From assembly GCA_951406725.2 (NCBI GenBank), contig OX597823.1:74338001-74402000 (forward strand): DNA of 64,000 nucleotides, given 5' to 3'. Numbering within the stretch: the first letter of the stretch is position 1; the number at the start of each line of letters is the position of its first letter. The DNA is from Octopus vulgaris. Its lineage: Eukaryota. A program made the translations under genes and the position numbers. Positions 54,095-64,000 of the stretch are shown here, piece after piece. The notes below the pieces were generated by a model. The model had not been told where the DNA came from. It searched no databases and was given only the letters and a program-made list of their open reading frames with translations.

Positions 54095-54270
54095 GCGGTG
54101 AACTAGCAGAATTGTTAGCGCTGCGTTCTGAGTTCAAATTCCGCCGAGGCTGACTTTGCCTTTCATAATTTCGGGGCCGATAATTTAAGTACCAGTGAAA
54201 CACTGGGGTCAATGTACTTGACTAATCCCCACCCAACAAATCTGAGGCCTCATGCCTCCGGAAGAAAAGG
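54095..54270 (+). mobile_element. SINE family A with internal deletion
   Basis: gcggtgaactagcagaattgttagcg-ctgcgttctgagttcaaattccgccgagg...gaggcctcatgcc. Confidence 0.85.
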
Positions 54271-54357
54271 CTGTTGTTGTTGTTTTCTTGTTGTTGTTAT
54301 TATTATTGTTGTTATTATTATTATTATTATTATTGTTATTATTATTATTATTATTAT

Positions 54358-54912
54358 TGAGTGAGAGAGCAGTTCATGCCATCAAAGTGACACTGGGGTA
54401 AAATATATGAAGCCCAATATACCCATCATGACTACCCGTCTGATAAGGGTACACCAGACACATGCATCACAACCATATGTGCGCGACATGGGGATTTCAT
54501 ATCAAGATAAACAGCGCATGACCTTGCTGGTGGGGCCCAGTTAGAATTTTCTTCAGGTTGAGTAGCCCATCCCGCTCAAAAGGTCCCTGAATCAGGGTTG
54601 TTTAAGGATGTTGAAAGAACCACCCATGTTTCCAGAGGTGAATTATTCAAACCCCAAAGAATTCCTCTCAAAACATGGCTATGATGGTCCCCTACTACTT
54701 CTGCTCGTGATCAGAGATGCACATATCGTCAGTCACTAAGGGACATGCTCAACTGGTTAAGGTCAAGCAACTGATAAGCAAATCTGTGGTATTGAGCAGA
54801 ATATTTGCTGTAGCCCATCTTTTATACCATGACAAAATAATGTACATGATAACACTTCCAATCAGTTTAGATCAGAAGCCATGAGAGTCACTGCCTGGTA
54901 CTGCATCAGGGC

Positions 54913-54916
<4 letters not shown>
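54358..54916. mobile_element. (TTA)n-associated element, copy 3 (longest, ~560 bp)
   Basis: Embedded between (TTA)n arrays at 54297-54357 and 54917-54949; no ORF or tRNA head recognised. Confidence 0.9.
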
Positions 54917-54949
<33 letters not shown>

Positions 54950-54951
<2 letters not shown>

Positions 54952-56264
54952 GACGTAGCGCAATTCGATTGTAATAGATATTTTATTGGTTGACGAATAT
55001 TTCGACAGTAAGTCTGTCTTTGTCAAGTTCAAAATAAGAGGTGATAAAAATTCAAAATTATAATTTTGAATTTTAAGTATGAACGACAGCAACCATCGCC
55101 CACAAGTTGAAGGAATGACATCAATGGTCTCTAAGTTTCAATTTTATAACAGGCGAAAAGAAAAAGACAGAAAAAGGACAGAAAAATAGGAAAGAAAAAG
55201 AAAGAAAAAGAAAAGGAAAAGGTAAAGAAAAGAAAAAGTTTTGTTTAAATGTGATGTTATTCTCCTGTCATCTTATTCATTCCTCCAGGGCGTGATGTTA
55301 ATAAGCCGCAAATACCTTTCTCCTTGTGCATTCTGAGAAGTGAATGTGAAGCAGACTCAGAATATTTTCTGACAATATGCATTCAGATAGATTAGTGACA
55401 GTTATTTTGCAAGCCCACGTCATCCCACATTTATCTCCACCGCCGTTCCGATCATCCACATCATATTATTCGGTCAACGGATTTGTACTGACATAAGGGA
55501 TTACTGGAAAAATTCAAATGCTTTTGTACAACATTATGTCAAAGGCGGTTACAGTGAATCACGATTAAAGGAAATAGCAAATAAAATAGCTAAGATTAGC
55601 AATGATAGTCAAACCGTCACGCATGATGACAGAATTCCTTTAGGGATTAACTGACACCGAAATTTCGCTGGTATTTCAAAAGTGTTGCATGAAAGTTAAC
55701 AGCATGTGGCGAAAAAATTTGCTCGTTTCAACAAATATTACCTTAGCCGCCTATTTGTGGCCTTTAGACGTAATAAGAATATAAAAGAATTATTGATCTC
55801 TATTTCTGACTTTAAGAAAACAAACTTTGAAGTATCTTCAGGCTGTACATTGAAAATCAGCCGCAAGAGAGGTAATCCCTGTTCATTGAGCAACATGAGT
55901 CAAGTGAATTCCATCAGGAATCATAACAGAAATGTTATGATTTATACAGAAGGTGAGACATGTAGATATTCACATTAAGTGTAAGCGGCAGTATAGATTA
56001 AATACAACTTGATTTATGTTGGTTTAACAACAGAACATTAATGGGCACAGATTCGACGTCAGGCACAATAAGAGTAGTTCGACATAACTTGCTGAACATT
56101 TCGTTTCAAACAGCTGCAATCTTGAAAAAGATTTGAAAGTGCATATTCTCAGAAAATATTCTGAGTCTGCTTCACTGAATTTTTATCACCTCTTATTTTG
56201 AAATTGACAAAGGTAGACTCACTGTTGAAATATCTTTTAATCGATAAAATATCTATTACAATTG
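54950..56264 (+). mobile_element. Penelope-like (Neptune-type) retroelement, 5'-truncated, with an inverted 3'-end copy in front
   Basis: From 55411: KPTSSHIYLHRRSDHPHH, QRICT...GGYSE (PLE RT thumb), LFVAFRRNKNIKELLI, Cys-containing linker, IYVGLT and NGHRFD (GIY-YIG). 54950-55381 is an inverted copy of the element's 3' end. Confidence 0.88.
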
Positions 56265-56650
56265 CTGCATTCTGAGTTCAAACTTCGCCGAGGCCGACTT
56301 TGTCTTTAATCCTTTCGGGGGTCGATAAATCAAATACAGTGAAACATTGGTGTCGAATTATTCGAGTAGACACCTCCCCAAATGTGCCTTTAGTAGAAAG
56401 GATTATTATTAATATTGTTGTTGTTGTTATTATTTAAGGCTACGAGGTAGCAGAATCGTTAGCGAGCTGAGCAAAGTACTTAGCGTTATTTCGCCTGTCT
56501 TTACGTTCTGAGTTGAAATTCCGTCGAGGTCGACTTTGCCTCCCATCCTTTCGGGGTCGATGAATAAAGTACCGGTGAAACTCTGGAGTCGATATAATTG
56601 AATAATCGCATCTCACAAAATTTCAGGCCTTGTGTCTTTAGCAGAAAGCA
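56262..56650 (+). mobile_element. Two tandem SINE family A copies
   Basis: ttctgagttcaaacttcgccgagg...gtgcctttagtagaaag and ggtagcagaatcgttagc...caggccttgtgtctttagcagaaag. Confidence 0.88.
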
Positions 56651-56736
56651 TTATTTTTATTATTATCATTGTTGTTGTTCTTCTTACCTTCGTATGCTTT
56701 CTTCCCTCTTTCTTCTTATTAATATTGTTATTGTTA

Positions 56737-56760
56737 TCATCATCATCATCATCATCATCA

Positions 56761-56826
<66 letters not shown>
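56737..56826. repeat. (ATC)n(ATT)n microsatellite
   Basis: Direct inspection. Confidence 0.95.
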
Positions 56827-56827
<1 letters not shown>

Positions 56828-57722
56828 AGACTACACAAAGTTGTTTACATTCCTAATTTGTTTGTTTCTAATGAAACCACACAAACAGACACACATACAC
56901 ACACATGCGCGCGCACACACATTCGAGATTTTCTTTAAGAATTAATCATTATGTACCCGCACATAATGTATATAAATGTGTGCTCACTGTTAAGTTATTT
57001 ATATGTTTTAGCTCATGGTTGACATGTATTTACATTAGACTTTCATTGAAATGAATGTTATTAACTTAAAAAAAAACAGAAAAGAACTTTCATATAGAGA
57101 AAACACTCGATATTCTATTCATATATTTCAGCAAATATTAGTGTTTCAGTCTTTTATGTCTGTTTAACTACTTCGTATCTTATTTACTGTGAATAAAACC
57201 ATGTCTACATTTTGGTGTCCCCATCGGATTCGTATATGTTCCTAATATTTGACAGCTCTTTACATACAAATATTTTTGAATATTCATAATATCTTGGGAT
57301 TTAATCAGACATTCATAATTCAAACCAGTCAATTTAGTTGTAACGTGTATGTTGAAGAATTAGGATATGGATAGAAAATGTTTAAAAGAAACATGCTTGA
57401 GAATATTAAGCAGTATTCTATATTAAAGTGGAACCGATATATTATCGATGGAAAGCTAATATGTAAATTAAAGCAAGAGAAATAAGTACAGATCTCCCCA
57501 TTAATGTAATCCAGGAAATTTACTAGTTTATCTTTGTATCAATATTAACTTCCTAATCCGGCTTTTAATTCTTTTAACTATTTTTGAAGTGTATATGTAG
57601 TGCGCTTTAGTTCTCGAAATACAGGCTGCTAGAAAAAGCAAAAGCTAAATCTCCTTCAAATCTCCCGCATCGTTTTAAGATAGAGAAGTACCCATAAGGT
57701 GATGGTATGTTAGATACTCTGA

Positions 57723-57952
57723 GGGCGGCGAGCTGGCAGAAACGTTAGCACGCCGGGCGAAATGCTTAGCAGTATTTCGTCTGCCGCTACGTTCTGAGTT
57801 CAAACTGCGCCGAGGTCGACTTTGCCTTTCATCCTTTCGGGGTCGATTAAATAAGTACTGGTTACGCACTGGGTCGATGTAATCGGCTTAATCCATTTGC
57901 CTTTCCTTGTTTGTCTTCTCTGTGTTTAGCCTTTTGTGGGTAGTAAAGAAAT
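57723..57952 (+). mobile_element. SINE family A, young full-length copy with 14-bp TSD
   Basis: Near-consensus head, core and type-2 tail; TSD tatgttagatactc at 57706-57719 and 57958-57971. Confidence 0.95.
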
Positions 57953-58299
57953 ATATATATGTTAGATACTCCTTCCTATAAAGCTGAGATGGTCTCAACT
58001 GGAATGTTTTTGATTGTAGAGCAATGAGGTTTCTTCTATTATGAAGAAAATATAAACAATATGGATTTTGCGGGATTAACCTCATCAACAGGAATATATC
58101 AATTGGGCACTGGAATGAATGTTCATCACACCGACAAATCGTATTTTTTTCTATTTGGAACAAAACAAATATGCATTAGATATTCAAATCAAAGCTGAAA
58201 TGATAATTATAATGACTTAAATAATTTGCCTAATTTAATATGTACCAATGTATGTGTGTATGTATGACTGCGTGTGTTACTGATTCATTTCAAATAGCA

Positions 58300-59300
58300 A
58301 TGTCAACTATGCATACATTAAAAATGTAATTTTCAACTGCCTTCATTCTTTTCTTTTAGCATTAGCTCTCCTCATCTTTAAAATTAAACTATGATTCCAG
58401 CAAAGTATATACAATACTCAGTGATGTTTTCTTTTGTCAACATATTGAATCTCTCTATCTCACTCCTTAATGTCAATAATACGTCTTCCACAATGTTATG
58501 TTGTCTACTGACTGACTGCCTTCTGTCAAGCACCAGTGAGCCATTGCTTTGAAAGTATTTAATGAAAGTCGTGATGTCGTACTCGACATCGGTAAAGCTG
58601 ACGATTATGTTTGTTATGCGAATAATCTATCAAAACTGAATGCTTATCAGCTCCCCAACCTCTCATTTCATGGGTCGGTATCTTCCTACTAATATTGACG
58701 GAACTATTCCTTACCCTCATTCTACCAAATCCAGCATACACTATGTTTGGGTTTTCTCTTACGTCTATGCATCAATAATTTACATGTCATCTTCAACAAC
58801 ATCCGCTCTCACATAGTTTACACGGATATTCAACTCTGTATGATCGAATCACATTCTCAACACTACACGCTAAAAGCAGATACCCTAGATGTATCCTTGA
58901 ATGGGAATATGCCAATCGTATTTTTTCAACACAATGAAAATACAGAACTTTTTCATATACAAAAAAATAATCATCACACCGCATATAATTACATGTAGTA
59001 TTTGGGTGGAGTTTTCAAAGTCACTCCAATTACTGGATCTTACTATCACCGAGAATATCTCCTGGTAAAATAACTTCTTTGCCAGAGCTATAGCTGCTTC
59101 TTGAGACTGGCAACCTCTGTTTAGGGTCAGGAGATAAATGAACTTCCAACTATCATTGATATTCTAAACTACAAAGCTAATGTCTACGATGAAATATTGT
59201 ACTCACATTTAGGTCCCTGCTGCTTTCGCTGCTCATTCAGTCCTCCAATATAACAGCAAGGCTCCCTGGCTCCTCTTACTGCATTTTGTAAGACCTTTTA
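58300..59300 (-). mobile_element. Possible old RTE-like LINE relic
   Basis: Minus strand near 58450-58480 reads GVR*.DS (GVRQGD-like); other motifs are very decayed. Confidence 0.3.
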
Positions 59301-59849
59301 TTAAGCCATCTGTCCCTCGGAGCTAGCTGAAGTTATGCTACTCTCTTTTATCACACATTGTCAATCCAATACACCGAATCCTGCACTAAGCTCTGCGTAT
59401 ACTTCTTCTCTCCCACAATGTAGGCTTCTGGAATATTTTCTCGCTTACATCTTACTTCCTGGTATTACAAAAATTCTAAAAGAGTACTAATATGAATATC
59501 ATCAAGAATTGCGGTACTCATTTAACTCATTCTAAGTGTTTCAAGGTATCCACTATCGTAACATATATTTCCACATGCCGTCCAACAGGACTTTGTTCCA
59601 CACAGTTTGCAGCATACTATCTATTAGTGCTTTGAGAGTCACAGATCTGTTTAATAGATTCACTTGGGAATAGTCGACATTCAAAATTGTACTAAATGCT
59701 AAAATGGAAAACGTGCATTCTAATTTAAGAGATATAACAGAGATGGAAGCGAAGTATGTGAATAACCGATTAGTACTCCCGCCAGTGAGAAAAAAATCAT
59801 TCAGTGAAGGGAACGCCCGTTGGTTCTGATCAGATTGAAATTATCTTTT

Positions 59850-60235
59850 ATCTTTCATACTTTATATGTTTCAATTATTAGACAACGACCACAGTGGGGC
59901 ACCAGCTTGAAAATTTTTCAACCCTTGAACTTGATTTTTAAAGCCTGGTCGCTTTTGAAGAACCACTAGGTTATGTTGACGTAAATACACTAGCACCGGT
60001 TGTCAAGGATTGGTGGAGTACAAAAGGTCACAAACACGCATGCTCCGCACGCGCGCCCACACATGCACACACACACACATATCCGACGGGCTTTCAGTCT
60101 TCGTATTCCAAATCCATTCACAAGACTCTGGTCAGCCTGAGTCTATAGTAGAAGACACTTGCGCAATGTGCCTCGCAGTGGGACTGAACTCCGAACCATG
60201 TGGTTGGTTAGTAAGCTTCTCACTACACAGCCACG
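59850..60235 (-). mobile_element. SINE family B, degenerate
   Basis: gacgtaaatacactagcaccggttgtcaag...ctatagtagaagacacttgc...gcagtgggactgaac...cacagccac. Confidence 0.85.
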
Positions 60236-61067
60236 CAAGCGAATTAAAAGTCTTAGAAAGCATCCATTTTCACTTCAATCTCAATGCGATATCTTAATTA
60301 GCAATGATTTCTTAGTGTTCCGAATTATATTACCAAAGACATTGATAGCACTTAGTTTTCAGCAGTAGCAGAACGGAGCCTAACGTCCAAAACAGTGCGA
60401 GTCATATGTAAACGGGTGTCATCATGTAGAGATCGGCTAAAGTTATTCAGAGTGGAAATCATTGTCATGTAGATGTAGTAAACACAATCATCTTTTGTGG
60501 CGACTCGGTGGAGATTTCTAATCTTTTGTTAAGGAATCAACAACAGCATAGTTAGCTGCCTTATAAACAATAAAATATACTAATAATTTCAGTTCAGAAA
60601 GTACTCTTCTCCTGTTTAGTGTAATTCTGTTTCTCAGTTTGATCAAAAAAGGCTATTACATTCTAAAACCTGCCTGTATTAAAAATTACATATTTAAAAA
60701 TAAAAAGAAACTTCGCAATAGAATGTGTTAAGAATTAGTTATTTCATGTTCCATTTCCTAGATGTACACAAGTTTTATTTGTTTAGTGAACAAATTTTAC
60801 TTGTTTTTTTTAGTTTTATATGTATTTTAATGAATTTCGTAGCAACTTACTTTAGAATTCATTTCTTAATGTATTTTGACGAATAACTATATTTACAGCT
60901 CGCGGGAAAAAATTTAGCCAGTGATAGATTTCTTTAAACATACACATTCTATAGAATGTCGTTATTTTGTTTCATATTTTTCGATTTATATTAATGTATT
61001 TTAATATCAATATTCGCATATGTTTAGCTTTTTCCATTTTATAATACAAAATTGAAAGACGTTTTTG

Positions 61068-61113
<46 letters not shown>

Positions 61114-61172
61114 ATATATGTATATATATATATATATGTATGTATATATGTATATATATATATATATATATA
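61068..61172. repeat. (TA)n/(TG)n microsatellite
   Basis: Direct inspection. Confidence 0.95.
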
Positions 61173-62030
61173 TCTTCAAGAGCATAGATTTTGTGTTTTA
61201 AGCATCACTATGTGTTAGTGATTTTATTCTTTTACATTTTTCAGAATTCCTATTTAATCTTTGATAGTTTCTTGTTCTCTTTAGAAACTATAGAAATTAA
61301 AATAAAATTCCACCTACGTTTTATAATTACTTAGTTCTAACAGTTTGTTTAAGAAAGTGTTCTCATGAAATAGACTATATCTTTATTTAGAAAAAGAAAT
61401 ATCGCAGACATTGCTAGCGTGTTGTTTATGTTCATTTGTGACGAGTGTCTTAAAAATATCTTTTTGAACGAAATGAGTGATACATCCATAATGAACATGT
61501 CTTAACAGAACTCCCTAGAAGACCAGTTTTGTAATTTCAGTCAAACACTGCATCGTTACCAGGGTCTATTGACTTATGGCTTTCATCTGCTTTGCATCAA
61601 TAGAATTTATTGGTGGTGAGTCGAGCCTGCAGATCAAAAGGTTCATCTTTTAGCAAAAATTTCATCATACTTGACAACGGGTGAACACAATCATTCTTCC
61701 TCCCTCTGAAATTCGCGAACAAGATTACAAGAAAGCTTTGCGGGACTGTACAGAATTATTTGCCCCAAACGTGTTACCATAAAGAGAGTGAAGTTACACA
61801 TAAAATAGCATCACACCATTCCATACATTTTAATTCCAAAATCAGTTGATTTATGTGGATCAATTTAGAGTTAAGTTACAGAATTTACATTGCCATGAGA
61901 TGTTAAACTCACATTATATCTTACGAAACAGGAGTAAGTTTGGCATTGAATTTCTGTTGAATATTAATCCTGGTAATGGCCCTATTAATTTTAGAATACG
62001 AATGATCAGTCAATATATACTCAAACTGTT

Positions 62031-62848
62031 TTATAAGTAATAGAGTAAGGACTTTTCTGTTACCCATCTTACACTTTTCTTTTGATAACAAATACAAATT
62101 ATGTCACCATTTCAACTCATTTTGCAATGGTAATGCAAGTGTAAAATCCTAGCTGCAATGCTTTCTGCACAACGTTGGTAAGAAACAGATCTCCCGTAGT
62201 TGATAAATTTCTGTATATTATGTAGCATAGACATATGAGTATCATTACAAAAGACGTTATAGTATTAGTATTATCTATGTATGTGTTTATAGTAAATGTA
62301 TCATGCCAGATATTGCTTTGTTGAATATGTACTGAATGTTAACACCCAACAAAGGAAATAAATGCAAATGATAATCTGGAGGAGCCAGTCTTAGATATAT
62401 TTTAGGTTAACTTGTAGTATAAACGACTGCCTGACAAGATGAACAATCACATACTCGAATAACACAAAATTTATATAATTCTTAATATCCTGATTATCTT
62501 CAATCCAAAGGTTTATTTAAATAATATAATTTTCAAAGCGGTAGTTTCTTTCAATCGTAAGATTTACTCGCATAATATTTCAATCTTATACTTCCTCATT
62601 TCTATCGTTAAATTTTAATACGTAGTCACACATACACGAACGTTTAATATATATTTCAGCATGACTTGAGCAAACTAAAAGTAAGTTTCTTACTTAAAAT
62701 GATTTATAAGTAACAGAGTAAGTACTATTATGTTACGTTTCTTACACTTTCCTTTCAATAGCAGATAAAAATTATGTCACCATTTCAAATCTTTCATTGG
62801 TAATGCAAGTCTATGACCCAAGCTGTAATGATTTCTGTACGACGTTGG
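62031..62848 (+). repeat. Diverged ~145-bp direct repeat (62031-62178 and 62704-62848)
   Basis: Shared ttataagtaa.agagtaag...cttacacttt...aaattatgtcaccatttcaa...tggtaatgcaagt...agctg.aatg.tttctg.ac.acgttgg. Confidence 0.85.
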
Positions 62849-62879
62849 GTTGGATTTTATTAGTGTGATAAGATGCGTT

Positions 62880-63160
<281 letters not shown>

Positions 63161-63227
63161 TTAATTTTACTCTGCTATGTATTGAGTACCTTACTTACTG
63201 TGGTTAACCCCGAATCAACCCGGGACC

Positions 63228-63284
<57 letters not shown>

Positions 63285-63389
63285 CTGTGTGTGTGTGTGT
63301 GCATATATTATACACTTTTACAGCTTTCAGCCGTTGAACTGCAGCCATTCTAAGGCGCTATATTCATATGTGTATGTATTCACAGACAA

Positions 63390-63464
63390 ATAGATAGAAA
63401 GATAGATACGTAGATAGATAAATATGTAAGTATCTATCTATCTATCCATCTATCTATCTATCTG

Positions 63465-63503
<39 letters not shown>

Positions 63504-63530
63504 CATTAGCTATCTATCTTTCTGTCTATC
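63390..63530. repeat. (GATA)n/(TATC)n microsatellites in opposite orientation
   Basis: Direct inspection. Confidence 0.9.
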
Positions 63531-64000
63531 TCTCTGTAAATGCATGCACTTACATATGAACATAGTGCCTTGGAATGGTCGCAGTTAAATGGCCGAAAAC
63601 TTTAAAAGTGTATATTAGTATTTAGATGGATACACTCACAGGTTAGTACACGCACATAACACATACTTATATGTTTGTGATTAAGCGTCATGTATTTGAA
63701 TGTATTAAAATTGTTAGTAATAGAGCAAGGGGCATTTATGCGCTGTGATATTCATCATTGAATGTTTATTAATATAGCGTGTTCGAAGGGTATTATAATG
63801 TTTCCAATATTGATGATATATAAACAAAAATTTAAAGTGACCCTATTAAAATGTAAATAACACAGGAAAACCCATTTTAGTGCTGTAATCAATGAACTTG
63901 TTATTTTGCATTACAAGTTACACTGAAATTGCTTTTTTTTGTTTTTATAATGCAGATCTTTACTAGCACACCATTAAACCACAGTATGTAAGTGAGACTA

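Noticed and set aside
54860-54916. Short resemblance to U2 snRNA segments (atcagttta, cctggta.tgca)
   Set aside because: Matches are too short and not collinear in spacing; no Sm site or U2 5' stem.

Overview
This is AT-rich, repeat-saturated animal DNA. The SINE families and microsatellite load resemble octopus/coleoid cephalopod sequence; that is recall, not a database result. No intact protein-coding gene is supportable. Almost all listed ORFs are microsatellite translations, SINE read-throughs or decayed transposon frames. The window holds more than 40 copies or fragments of four tRNA-derived SINE families with interchangeable tails. It also has a ~560-bp element found only in (TTA)n arrays (3 copies), degraded non-LTR retrotransposons (Tx1/L1-like, Dong/R4-like, CR1/L2-like, RTE-like) and a Penelope-like (RT + GIY-YIG) element with an inverted 5' segment. 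Mariner/Tc1 relics and many long microsatellites make up much of the rest. The most striking structures are short inserts inside (TA)n arrays that carry minimal hammerhead-ribozyme-like cores. One is a perfect 130-bp palindrome (63031-63160) encoding a hammerhead fold on both strands; another is a 40-bp-arm hairpin (50022-50121). Different retroelements appear to occupy different microsatellites (TA, TTA, TTC). One weak candidate terminal exon (37932-38015) and one diverged duplicated exon-like unit (62031-62848) were seen. Coordinates of degenerate elements are approximate.
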